64,000 nucleotides of DNA from contig CAVWLW010000007.1 in the NCBI GenBank assembly GCA_963755715.1, positions 1-64,000 of the forward strand, read 5' to 3'. The DNA comes from an uncultured delta proteobacterium (GTDB taxonomy: Bacteria; Desulfobacterota; Binatia; UBA9968). The notes under the pieces were generated by a model. It was not told where the DNA came from. It was given only the letters and a program-made list of their open reading frames with translations, and searched no databases. Both the position numbers and the translations under genes were made by a program. Shown piece by piece: positions 10,349 through 20,768 of this stretch (within the stretch, counting starts at the first letter, position 1; each line of letters begins with the position of its first letter).

Positions 10349-12010
10349 ATGAATTTCGCCAAACCTTACGAAGATCTGCGCGAATTTATCGACGCATTGG
10401 ATGAACACGGTAAATTGTACCGCATTCACCGGGAAATCAACAAAGACAGCGAGCTGCAACCCTTGGTGCGCTGGCAGTTTCGCGGCGGCATAGCCGAAGA
10501 AGCGCGCCGCGGTTTTTTGTTCGACAACGTTACCGACGGCAAAAAGCGCAAATACAATTGCCGAGTGCTCGTCAGCGGGCTTTCGGGCTCCGAAGCGATT
10601 TATTGCCTGGGTCTCAAATGCCAGCCGGACGAAGTCGCCGACCGCTGGATCTACGCGATGGATCATTTGATCGAGCCGATCGTCGTCCCGTCCGGCTCAT
10701 GCCAGGAAGAAATTCACAAAGGCGACCGAGTTGCTCGCCAAAGGCGGCCTGATGGAATTTGCCGTGCCGATGTCGACGCCGGGCTTCGACAATGGCCCCT
10801 ACATCACCGCGGGACATTGGATTACCAAAGATCCGGAAACCGGCAAGCGCAACGTCGGCAACTATCGTGGCTTGATCAAAGGACCGACCTCAGCGGGATT
10901 AATGTCCGGCACGCCGCAGGACTTGTCGACCCATTGGGAAAAATGCCGCAAGATGGGCAAGCCGCTCGAAGTCGCCATCGTCGTCGGCACCATCCCCGCG
11001 GTTTCCTATTGCGCGACGCAGAAAGTGCCGCCGGAAATCGACGAGCTCGCGCTCGCCGGCGGCTTGATGGGCGCGCCAGTGAAACTGGTCAAGTGCCAGA
11101 CCGTCGATCTCGAAGTGCCGGCCAGCATCGGAAATCGTTCTCGAAGGCATCATCCCGACCAATTACATGGAAGAAGAAGGCCCTTACGGCGAGTCGATGG
11201 GCTACGTCGACCCGCGCACCTTGAGCACGATGTTCGAGCTCAAGTGCGTCACCCATCGGAAAGATCCGATCTGGGTTTCGATCATCAGCCAAGTCACACC
11301 GAGCGAAAGCTCCAAGATCAAAGCGATGGGCATGGCGACCCTGGTCAAGCGTTTTATCGTCAGCAAGGGATTCGACTGCGTCAAGGAAGTGCACATGATC
11401 GAGCCGCTTGGTCAACATGCGCCCCTACGTCGCCGTCAGCTTAAAAAAGCGCAACGACGAAGATCCGTGGGGCGTCATGCAGGCGGTGCTCGATTACGGC
11501 GATCGGGTCGGCAAAATGATCGTCGCCGTCGACGAAGACATCAACGTCAAAGACCCAATCGCCGTGACCTGGGCGATCACGCACCGCTCGCAGCCGCACA
11601 GAGACGTGAAGATCGTCCGCGATCGACCGTTCGGCGCGACGCCCATCGGCATGGTGGCGACGCATCCATCGAGTCGTTACGACAATTCGGAATCCTCACT
11701 GCTCATCGACGCTACGCGCAAAGCCGACTTTCCGCCGTTGTCCCTGCCCAAGGAAGAATTCATGGTCCGAGCCAAAGAGATCTGGGAGGAGCTCGGCTTG
11801 CCGAAACTCGAACCGCAAGAGCCCTGGCATGGCTACTTGATGGGTTTGTGGCCGGAAAATTTGGATCAGGAGGCCGAGCTGGCGGCGCGCAGCGAGCATG
11901 AAAAAGTTTGGGAGATTCTGCGCCAGACCCGCGTCCAAGTCGGTGAAGGCGAGACGATGAAATCGATGCGCGCCAAGTGGGGCAAAACTCATTCCGGGCG
12001 AGCGGAATAA
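10349..12010 (+). CDS. UbiD-family prFMN-dependent (de)carboxylase; three +1 frameshifts (~10727, ~11128, ~11409)
   Basis: DLREFIDAL, KDPETGKRNVGNYR, EIVLEG, EEGPYGE, VDEDI and LLIDAT motifs spread across four ORF pieces. Confidence 0.88.
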
Positions 12011-12183
12011 GCATTTCAGCAGATGCGGCCTTATCACTAGATCGACTTTATACAAACAGCGAACCATTCTCTCGAACTCTTCGGCGCAGCAAGCGATCGT
12101 GCGAATTTCTTCGTCGCTCAGATTGAATCCGTAAACGCCGTCGATTCTGCGAACCTGATCTGCCAAGTAGGCCTGCTGTCGAA

Positions 12184-13470
12184 TTAATCTCGCGGCTTGT
12201 CCCAGTTACAAATTTCCAGCGCTGCACAAGCATAAACCTGCGCCGCCTGGTAGATGTCCTCGATCTCGATTTGCTCGGAGCGAAACTTCCAGCGTCCGCC
12301 GCCGAGACCGAACTTGCATGCCGGAATGCCCATCTCGTTGTAGATATTGGTGTCCGTCCAAATGCTCGCGTGAACGCCGGTCGGTGTCGGGGTCTTTTTG
12401 CCGAACAGCGATTGATAATTTTCTTCCAGCACCTTGATCACCGATCCGACCTTTTTCGCCTCGTAGCCCATCTTCGACGCGTACATTTCGATCTCATATT
12501 CGACACCGAGGTTGGCGAGCACCGCCTTGAGCTCGCGCTGTACCTGCACCGGACGCAATTCCGGCGGTGTGCGCACGTCAACGTAGATCGAGCAAACGCC
12601 CGGATAATAATTGGGCCGGAACGGCGCGCCGCCTTGAATCGAGCCGATATTCACCTTGGGAACGAGCGGACCATGCGGCGAAGCGTAAACATGGGCGCGT
12701 TCGAATTCTGCCGCCCAGCTATCGATCGCCTGCAGCACTTTGATCATTTTTAAGATCGCGCTGGACGCTTCCGGAGATTTTTCTTCGCGGGTCACTCCCC
12801 ACGCCGCGTGGGGATCGCCGAAGGTGGTGATCTTGAACTGCGCCACGCCGTTTTGCGCCCACACGATAGAATGGCCCGACCGATCGGCCACGATGGCGTA
12901 ATCGGACTGAACTCCATGGGTCAACAGATGGATGGTCCCGGTTCCCTCGCCGCGATACGCTTCGGATTGATAAGGTCCGATCGGCGTCCGGGATATTTCG
13001 CCGGCAACCGCAGCAAGAATCAAATCGCCTTTTAGTGAAATTCCACTTTCTTTTATCGCCTTGGCGGCCACCATAAACGCGGCGAGACCGGACTTCATAT
13101 TGGAAGCGCCGAGACCAAACACTTTGCCGTCGCGAACCGCTCCTTTGAGTTCGCTGTCGGGTTCTAGGACGCGGCAGAACATGCCGTCCTCTGCCGTTCC
13201 CGTGTAGCTCGTGTCCATGTGACCGTTGATGGTCAACGACACGCCGTTGCTCCGGCCATCGAGTATGCCCACGGCATTGACGCGCTCAGCACTGATTTCC
13301 TGACGCAGCGCCTTGATCCCGTGTCGCGAATACCAGCTTAAGATAAATTCGCCGATTGCCTTCTCCGATCCGGTGGGACTCGGGATATCGACGAGATCTT
13401 TGGTCAGTTGAGCCAACTCTTCGCGCTGAATCCGATCGATGACATTTTTTCTATCCTGCTCGCTTGCCAT
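12184..13470 (-). CDS. M20/ArgE-family metallohydrolase with atypical metal ligands (aromatic aminohydrolase-like)
   Basis: LVDIPSPTGSE, INGHMDT, GLGASNMKSG, AGEIS and WTDTNIYNEMGIP. Confidence 0.82.
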   Translation of the reverse strand: MASEQDRKNVIDRIQREELAQLTKDLVDIPSPTGSEKAIGEFILSWYSRHGIKALRQEISAERVNAVGILDGRSNGVSLTINGHMDTSYTGTAEDGMFCRVLEPDSELKGAVRDGKVFGLGASNMKSGLAAFMVAAKAIKESGISLKGDLILAAVAGEISRTPIGPYQSEAYRGEGTGTIHLLTHGVQSDYAIVADRSGHSIVWAQNGVAQFKITTFGDPHAAWGVTREEKSPEASSAILKMIKVLQAIDSWAAEFERAHVYASPHGPLVPKVNIGSIQGGAPFRPNYYPGVCSIYVDVRTPPELRPVQVQRELKAVLANLGVEYEIEMYASKMGYEAKKVGSVIKVLEENYQSLFGKKTPTPTGVHASIWTDTNIYNEMGIPACKFGLGGGRWKFRSEQIEIEDIYQAAQVYACAALEICNWDKPRD

Positions 13471-13716
13471 GTGTTTCTCCTGCGTGGTGAGATTGTCGCT
13501 GAGCTTTTATCAAATATCACAGTCTGCGATACGAGCGACAGCCATTTTGTCGTCTGGTTTTCCTAAAGCGCTTTTTTAGACCGTAGCTCGAACCTGGGCG
13601 AAGTCGTTTGCACGACCTGTCGAAAACTCACGCTCAGACGCTCGCGGCGTGACCGTTTGATGGATTACTCTATCGTCGGAAGAAAAAATTTTCTACAGGG
13701 TTTCAGAAGAGCGTTG

Positions 13717-14784
13717 CTAGTTCTCCCAGAGCGGCTTGACGTTGGCATCGAGCCATTTGCGTGGATCTTCCGAATACGTCTTATTCACCGACGGAATCGG
13801 CTTGACGTTGGCTCCCCACGCGTATTCGATGGACGCCTTGGACTTGACGCCTTTGCGCGATACTTCCCGCCCAACCGCGGACACCGCCAGTTGGCCTTCC
13901 GGGGTCATCATCCATTCGGTAAAAAGCTTGGCGCCGTTTATATGCGGCGCTTTGCCGTAGATGCCCAACTGTTGCGCCGAAATGATCGGCGCGGCGCTTT
14001 TCACGAAGTCCACGGGACTGCCTTTTTCTTTTTCCTCGATCACGTCGTGCAAAAGCGCCGGCATCGAGATGGAATATTCTCCCGCGATGAGCAGGCGAAA
14101 CATCGCGCTGGTGCTCTTGTGAACCGTAACGTTGAGGGCCTTCAAGCCCTTTATGTATCCAGTCCATTTGGCGTCGTTTTTCCAATACTCCTTCAGTCCG
14201 GCAAGCATGCCGCTCAATGGACCGGCCCGCAGCGGATCGTCCAGGGCAACCATTCCTTTGTATTTGGGATTGATTACGTCCTCCCAACTTTTTGGCAGGT
14301 CTTCCTTCTTAAGTTTTTTGGTGTTGTAGGCAAGAGCGACGATCTGAAGGCTCACCGTGGGAAGCTGGGGATCATGCAGAATCAGAGAGTTCGCCTGTAC
14401 GGTATTATAAGGCTCGATCGCTCCGGCCGCGCGCAAAACCACCGGCGCCCCTTCGCTCAGAATCACGTCGGCAGTTTTCTGATCGCCTTGAAACTCCGTG
14501 AGCGTCCGCGCAATGATCTCTGACCGGGTTCCTTGCCAGTACGTTGTATTGATGCCGGGAAAGCGCTTATTGAAAACGTCCAAGATCGATTTGATGTGCT
14601 CGACGTCCCAGATCGTATAAACCACCAACGCGCCTTCCTGCTTGGCTTTCGGATAAAGATCCTTCGCCAACTTTTCGAAGCGCGGATCGGTATCGGAGCC
14701 ACCCTGTGCCAATGCGATACCTCCGCGCAACGACAGTAAAACCAAGATCAAAGTTACAGCCAATGGCGAATGCCTACTTGTCAT
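13717..14784 (-). CDS. ABC-type extracellular solute-binding protein (AfuA/SBP_bac_6-like)
   Basis: Signal peptide; AKQEGALVVY, AYNTK, PKSWEDVINPKYKG, APHINGAKLF. Confidence 0.85.
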   Translation of the reverse strand: MTSRHSPLAVTLILVLLSLRGGIALAQGGSDTDPRFEKLAKDLYPKAKQEGALVVYTIWDVEHIKSILDVFNKRFPGINTTYWQGTRSEIIARTLTEFQGDQKTADVILSEGAPVVLRAAGAIEPYNTVQANSLILHDPQLPTVSLQIVALAYNTKKLKKEDLPKSWEDVINPKYKGMVALDDPLRAGPLSGMLAGLKEYWKNDAKWTGYIKGLKALNVTVHKSTSAMFRLLIAGEYSISMPALLHDVIEEKEKGSPVDFVKSAAPIISAQQLGIYGKAPHINGAKLFTEWMMTPEGQLAVSAVGREVSRKGVKSKASIEYAWGANVKPIPSVNKTYSEDPRKWLDANVKPLWEN

Positions 14785-15134
14785 TTGTGTCCTCCCAATT
14801 CCAAAGCCGATGTGAAGTTCTCATTGCATACTATCTTTCCACACGCTGCGCCGCTCCAATGGAGTCGATGTCCAACATAACCCGCAGCTCAACCGCAATT
14901 TGCGCGCCACGATAGTCCGGCAATTTTTTCCTAAAAAGACCTTGAAAACAACAGACAATATAGCGCAACGAGTAGCCTCCCGCGATTGGCGGGTGCTCGA
15001 TGCTAAATACTTAGGCGCTCTGCTCATTGGTTATGCAGCAGAGAAATGTGACGTTCAATTCTGACGTTCAGTTGATTGACGATTGGCACCTGAACCAAGT
15101 TCAGAGATGAAAGCGCGATCCGCGATGAACGCGA

Positions 15135-16013
15135 TCAGGCCTTTGAAGAACGGCGTATAAGTGAGAGGAAACTGAGCAAGTTAGGAGAAAGCCGAATACC
15201 CTTTCGATAGATGACGTAGCAGGCGATTTTGATATCCTTCAACCTCGGCATCTCGAGCGCTTTGAAATAGCCCTGTCTTAAACCCGCTTCGGCACTGCCG
15301 CGATAAAAGAGCCCGACACCCAGGCCCGCCTGGACAGCGGTCTTTATTAGATCTATGGATTCGCACCACATCACTACATTGAGGTGCAAACCCAGTTTCT
15401 TGATTTTATCGGTGATGTGTCCTTCGGTGTTCATGATGAAAGGAACTTTCGCTAACTCGCTCTCTGTCAGTCTTTTTTTGCTCGCCAGAGCGTGCTTGGC
15501 AGATACAACGGCTATTATTTCCTCGGAAGCGATGGGCTCTTCGATGATTTCCGGGTGAGCAGGAGCAATCGTCGTGACGGCAACGTCGACCTCTCCATTG
15601 AGCACCATGGCTCTAATCGCCTCAGGGTAGGCAGTGCGCAGAGTCGGATGAACATTCGGATGAAGACTGACGAAGGACTTGAGCACGCCCGGCAAAAAGA
15701 ACGCCGCCGGGCTGGGCGTGCTCCCCACCCGGAGCGTGCTGGCGCGCGCATGAGTGACGCGGTTCAGAAAAGTACTGCGAAGCTCTTCCATCTGCTTTAG
15801 GATCGGCTTAGCGGCTATCTGCAACAAACGGCCTTCGTCAGTAATTTTGATGCCCCGTCCGGATTTGACGTAAAGTTTTAGACCACATTCGCGTTCGAGA
15901 AAGCGCAACTGTTTGGATACTGAGGGCTGGCTGATTTTAATTTTTCGCGCCGCTTCGGTAACGCTCAACTGTTCGGCAACGGCATCGAATATTTCCAGTT
16001 GATGGAAAGTCAT
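15135..16013 (-). CDS. LysR-family transcriptional regulator (CbbR/CysL-like), divergent from the catabolic operon
   Basis: MTFHQLEIF...SVTEAARKIKISQPSVSKQLRFLERECG HTH. Confidence 0.93.
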   Translation of the reverse strand: MTFHQLEIFDAVAEQLSVTEAARKIKISQPSVSKQLRFLERECGLKLYVKSGRGIKITDEGRLLQIAAKPILKQMEELRSTFLNRVTHARASTLRVGSTPSPAAFFLPGVLKSFVSLHPNVHPTLRTAYPEAIRAMVLNGEVDVAVTTIAPAHPEIIEEPIASEEIIAVVSAKHALASKKRLTESELAKVPFIMNTEGHITDKIKKLGLHLNVVMWCESIDLIKTAVQAGLGVGLFYRGSAEAGLRQGYFKALEMPRLKDIKIACYVIYRKGIRLSPNLLSFLSLIRRSSKA

Positions 16014-16189
16014 AGAATTTATTCTACGGGTTCAATACATACCCTTTTTTCTATGTGTAACATGAATAATTTATATTGGACAAGCGCTCTTATCGCGCGT
16101 AGCTATGAACAACGTCGTCGGTGAGGATGTCATAGCGCACAGTTCACTTCAGTGACAGGTGCTGATTTGGGCTTGGAGGATCTAAACCC

Positions 16190-17032
16190 ATGATGGTGTG
16201 TCCTTACGATGAATCCAGACTCTTGTTAATTCTGCAGACCGATCATTCGCGTATTGCCGGATTACTGGCGGCGCATTGGGGCAACGATCAATTCGCCAAG
16301 CTGCAACCGTACGCTTCGATGGTGCTTGCAGCCCAGGAACATGATAGCGGTTGGTGGGACTGGGAAATCAAACCTTCCGTCAACGAGCAGGGTTACCCAT
16401 CGGATTATATCGGCAGCATCAAACACCTGGGTCAAGGGGTTTGGTTGGATCTGTACCGCCATGCCATCGAGCGCGTCGCAGCGCGCGATCTCTACGCCGC
16501 CTATTTTGTATCCATGCATGGCGAAGCCTTGTTGACGAAAGGCATGGGCCTCCTGCCGTCGATGCCTGACTATACCGGCGACCCCGCCGTGCAGGAATTC
16601 ATCGGACAGCAGAAGGAGTTGCGTGCGGGATGGCTGCCGACATTGCAAAACAACCAAGCACTCGCTGCGGTCACCACTGACAAGCATCTCTGGACTAACT
16701 TCAATCTAATGGAGGTCTTCGATCAGTTCGCGCAGTTCGTCTGCAACCGCTATCCGTTCAATAGTCAGGCTAGAAAAAATGGTCCGACACACACGTTGAG
16801 CGGCATTTCCGTGCCGGTGTCTCCTGAGCGGCCGAATATCACTTTGACGATCGACGTTCTAAATGAAACCGACGCTGTAGTGCGTCCATTCCCTTTCGAC
16901 GTGAATCCTCTGAGGCTATCCTTCGAGGGCCGGCTCGTGCCCAACCGGCGTTTCGTCGATCAGGAGGAATTCTTAGAGAGTTTTTACAGCGGTGAGAGGA
17001 TCGCCATAAACTATACCCTGAGCGCGGCTTGA
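16190..17032 (+). CDS. DUF3891-family protein (HD-like motif)
   Basis: QTDHSRIAGLLAAHWGN...EHDSGWWDWE...VSMH...PFPF pattern; GGAGG RBS. Confidence 0.8.
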   Translation: MMVCPYDESRLLLILQTDHSRIAGLLAAHWGNDQFAKLQPYASMVLAAQEHDSGWWDWEIKPSVNEQGYPSDYIGSIKHLGQGVWLDLYRHAIERVAARDLYAAYFVSMHGEALLTKGMGLLPSMPDYTGDPAVQEFIGQQKELRAGWLPTLQNNQALAAVTTDKHLWTNFNLMEVFDQFAQFVCNRYPFNSQARKNGPTHTLSGISVPVSPERPNITLTIDVLNETDAVVRPFPFDVNPLRLSFEGRLVPNRRFVDQEEFLESFYSGERIAINYTLSAA

Positions 17033-17125
17033 ACTGACCAGATACAAGCGCCGGATAGCAACAAGTGAAAATGCTGAAAGCGCGGCAGAAGCGAACGTGC
17101 TGAGAACAGAGCGATAGTAATGCCA

Positions 17126-18193
17126 ATGACGCGAGCAGAAAATTATTGATTCCGATGCGCATGTGTTTGAACCGCATGACATTTGGCTGCGTTACTTGGA
17201 TCCGCCGCTCCGAGAATTCTATTCAGGACCCCGGGACTGGAGAATGGCAACAGCACGGGCAACGATGGGCCGCAAAGTCGTTTTCCACTTGGGTTCATTC
17301 CTGAAACCGGTCGCCAGGATCTTCTTCAATTGGCCGCCGATTCTGAGACTCGCCTCAAAGTGATGGATGACGAAGGCATCGACCGGGTTGCGCTCTTTCC
17401 CACCCACGCGCTTCGCCTTGGCGGTGTGCGCCAACCGCAACTCGCGCCCGCGTTATTTCGCGCCTACAACAATTGGCTGGCCGAACATTGTGCGCCAGAT
17501 AAAGAGAGACTGCTCGGAGTTGCCATGATCCCACTGCAGGACCCGGAGCTGGCAGTGCAAGAAGCAAAGCGCGCCGTCGGTGAACTTGGCCATCGCGGAC
17601 TGTTTATTTCTCCGCACCCCGTGGACAACCGCAATCTCGATCATCAGGCCTATGAGCCTCTTTGGGAACTGGCTGAGCAACTCAACGTTCCGGCGCTGGT
17701 GCATGTCAGTACCGGCATTCGATTGCCGACCGCCGGCGCGGAACGCTTCGACCGCTATTCCCTTTTTCATTTGCACGCGCATCCCTTCGAGCAGATGACC
17801 GCGGCAGCGAGTCTCATTCTTGGCGGAGTTCTGGAGCGCCATCCTCGTCTCCGGGTTGGGTTTCTGGAAGCGGGCTGCGGTTGGGTTCCCTATTGGCTCG
17901 ATCGGATGGATGAGCACGCTGAGAATTACCGCTTCGAGCTGGCCCATTTAAAAGAACGGCCGAGCGTTTATTTTCGCCGTCAGTGTTTTGTCTCTTTTGA
18001 GCTGGAGGAGCGGGATGTGCCCCATGTTGCTGCAACCGTCGGCGCCGAGACCTTGGTGTTCGCGTCCGATTTTCCCCATCACGATTGTTTTTTTCCGGGA
18101 GCGGTGGAGAAGATTCGTAGACGAACGGATCTCCCTGCTGAGCTTGTTTCGGCTATGCTGAGCGACAATCCGAACAGACTGTATTTCGGATGA
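17126..18193 (+). CDS. Amidohydrolase_2 family protein; N-terminus frameshifted
   Basis: IIDSDAHVFEP in one frame; MDDEGID, RAYNNW, FLEAGCGW and FASDFPHHD in 17183-18193. Confidence 0.87.
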
Positions 18194-18206
18194 CTAAGAG
18201 AGAAGG

Positions 18207-19181
18207 ATGGGTATTAAAGCACTACGGTTCGCTGGCGGGTTGATTGCCGCTCTCGTATTCTTTCCTTCGGTCCGGTGTTCGGCCCAATCCAATGCGCGGG
18301 CAATTGTTCATATCCCGACAAAAAGCCTGACCTCGATGCCGCTGTTTTTCGGTAAGGACAAAGGTTTTTTTGCGCGCGAGAATGTCGACGTCGATCTGGT
18401 CCTGATGTCACCGCCCACGGCGATCGCGGCGCTCGTCGCCGGAGAGTTGGATTTCTCTACTACGGTCGGAGCCGGGATTTCCGCGACTATGCGAGGACTG
18501 CCGATCAAGCGCATTCTGTATATTCAACAATATGTGACTTTTGCCCTCGTGGCAGCGCCGGAAATTAAGAGCGTCCGCGACCTTATCGGCAAATCCGTAG
18601 GCGCGGTCGCGCTAACCGACGCGACAGCGATTGCGGCGCGGGAGATTATCAAAGGAAACAGCGTCGATCCATCGGCAGTAAACTTTTTCTATACTCAAAG
18701 CACGGAAAGCTCTCGTACCGCCCTGCTGTCCAAAAAAATCACCGCGGCCATGCTGCCTCCACCCTTCGCCGAGGAGACCCAAGTGAGAGGTTTTAACCGC
18801 TTGGCCGATGCGAAGGACTACGCGCCGCTAAGCGGCATCGGATTACTAGCTTCTGCAGACGCGCTCAAAACAAATCCAACCAAGGCACTGTCTGTGATCC
18901 GCGCCGTATTGCGGACCATGGCCTATATGCGCGAGCCAAAAAATCATAGCGAATTGGTGGATTACATTTTAAAAATTCACAAAATCGACGCCGCCGTCGC
19001 AGCCGAAGCTTTAGCGACAGTGATGGCGGTGTACAGCAAAGATGGCACCAAACCTCGCGATGCGGTTCAGAAAGAGATCGATATCTATCGCGAGGCGCTC
19101 AAGATTACTAAACCGTTGACGCCCGAAGAACTAGAAGACATGAGCTACCAAAAGAGGGCTTATGAAATTCTCAGTCGCTAG
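18207..19181 (+). CDS. NitT/TauT (SsuA/NMT1-like) substrate-binding protein
   Basis: Signal peptide; GKDKGFFARENVDV, AALVAGELDF, IKSVRDLIGK. Confidence 0.87.
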   Translation: MGIKALRFAGGLIAALVFFPSVRCSAQSNARAIVHIPTKSLTSMPLFFGKDKGFFARENVDVDLVLMSPPTAIAALVAGELDFSTTVGAGISATMRGLPIKRILYIQQYVTFALVAAPEIKSVRDLIGKSVGAVALTDATAIAAREIIKGNSVDPSAVNFFYTQSTESSRTALLSKKITAAMLPPPFAEETQVRGFNRLADAKDYAPLSGIGLLASADALKTNPTKALSVIRAVLRTMAYMREPKNHSELVDYILKIHKIDAAVAAEALATVMAVYSKDGTKPRDAVQKEIDIYREALKITKPLTPEELEDMSYQKRAYEILSR

Positions 19182-19253
19182 TTGCATAGTAATAATCATT
19201 GGCGCGTAAATCGGGAGAATGTTGCTTTATCGGAAGCGAAGGAGAAACTTAAG

Positions 19254-20768
19254 ATGGCAAGACAGCCAGCATTATCCGAATCGGCGGCGCACACGGAAAC
19301 TAAGATCGACACGGCCATAGCGACGCCAAAAGATCTGCGCGGGTACCTGCAAAAACTGATTGAATACGATCCGAAACAATTGCTGGTGGTCGACAAAGAA
19401 ATCGATCCGGTCTTCGAGGCGACCGCAATCGTCGACCAATTGCGCACGGACGGGCGCTATTCGAACTATCCCGCCGTGCTATTTCGCAAGATCAAGGGGT
19501 CGTCGATCCCGCTGCTGATCAATCTGCAAGGAACTTACGAGCGACTCGCTCTCGCCATCGACTCCAACCTTCAAGGCATGGTCGAAGAATTCGGCCGGCG
19601 CGAGAATGCACCGATTCCTACCAAACGGGTGGATCGCTCGCAGGCGCCAGTCAAAGAAGTCGTGTGGAAAGGCGCGGATGCCGACGTAACCAGGCTGCCG
19701 ATTCTACGCCACCAGGAACTCGACTCCGGCAAATACATCACCTCGGCGGTTTTCATCCTGCGCGATCCGAAAACCGGCGTGCAAAATGCCGGCATCTATC
19801 GCTCGATGTTGCATGGCCCGCACGAAGTCGGCTTCATGACCGGCGCATTTCAAGGCGGGAACTATATCCTGGTTGAACATCGCGAACGCAAGCAGCCGAT
19901 GCAGGTGGCGATGGCCATTGGACATCATCCGTGTCTGCTGCTGGCCGGGACGACGAATCCGCCGGGCATGGGCGGCGAATTGGAAGTTGCCGGCGGACTC
20001 CTACAGCAGCCTCTCGAAGTTGTGCCGGGGGAGACTGTTGACCTCGACGTGCCCGCGCATGCGGAGATCGTGATCGAAGGCGTGCTCGATCCGAGCCCGG
20101 AAAACAAGCGTGAAGAGGGACCGTTTGGAGAATATCCACGTTACTACACCGGCGTCGGTCCGTATCCGGTCATTAAAGTGACGGCGATCACCATGCGGCG
20201 CGATCCGATCTACGTCGATGTGTTCAACGCCAGCAGCGAACATTCGGCGATCGGTGGATTGGCGCGCATGGGGTTTTTGCTCAATCGCGCCCGTGACGTA
20301 TGCCCCAATGTGAAAAATCTTTATCTGCCGATTTCCGGCGTCGCGCGCAATCACGCTTATATTTCGATGAAAAAGGTCGCCGACGGCGAGCCCCATCTTG
20401 CCGCGTTCAACGTCATGGCCTATAGCCCGGCGACCAAGCACGTTTTTATCGTCGACGATGACATCGACGTCACCAACGAAGCCGATGTGCTCTGGGCTTT
20501 GGCAACGCGATTTCAAGCCGACAAAGATCTCGTCGTTATCAATAACTCGATCGGTAGCCGGTTGAATCCACCGACCTATGGTTATCGACGCGATGAGAAG
20601 GGCACGCTGGAAACCAAGCTAATTTTTGATTGCACCCGACCTCTGTCGGCAGGAAAGTTCCCCGACGCGACCCGCGTGCCGCCGGACGTGAAGGCCCGCA
20701 TGAACCCGGACGATTACGTGCGGCCGCTCTCCGAAGGAGACCTGGCGTATATTCGAGGAGGCAAATAG
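19254..20768 (+). CDS. UbiD-family (de)carboxylase
   Basis: DLRGYLQKL, RDPKTGVQNAGIYR, AEIVIEG, EEGPFGEY, VDDDID; AAGGAG RBS before ATG 19254. Confidence 0.92.
   Translation: MARQPALSESAAHTETKIDTAIATPKDLRGYLQKLIEYDPKQLLVVDKEIDPVFEATAIVDQLRTDGRYSNYPAVLFRKIKGSSIPLLINLQGTYERLALAIDSNLQGMVEEFGRRENAPIPTKRVDRSQAPVKEVVWKGADADVTRLPILRHQELDSGKYITSAVFILRDPKTGVQNAGIYRSMLHGPHEVGFMTGAFQGGNYILVEHRERKQPMQVAMAIGHHPCLLLAGTTNPPGMGGELEVAGGLLQQPLEVVPGETVDLDVPAHAEIVIEGVLDPSPENKREEGPFGEYPRYYTGVGPYPVIKVTAITMRRDPIYVDVFNASSEHSAIGGLARMGFLLNRARDVCPNVKNLYLPISGVARNHAYISMKKVADGEPHLAAFNVMAYSPATKHVFIVDDDIDVTNEADVLWALATRFQADKDLVVINNSIGSRLNPPTYGYRRDEKGTLETKLIFDCTRPLSAGKFPDATRVPPDVKARMNPDDYVRPLSEGDLAYIRGGK

Noticed and set aside
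10727-11410. Programmed ribosomal frameshifting in UbiD
   Set aside because: No slippery heptamers seen; the same +1 pattern occurs in many unrelated genes
16012-16055. LysR T-N11-A boxes
   Set aside because: Two palindromes are present (TAGAAT-TT-ATTCTA; CATA-N10-TATG) but both measure T-N12-A, so they were not called as features
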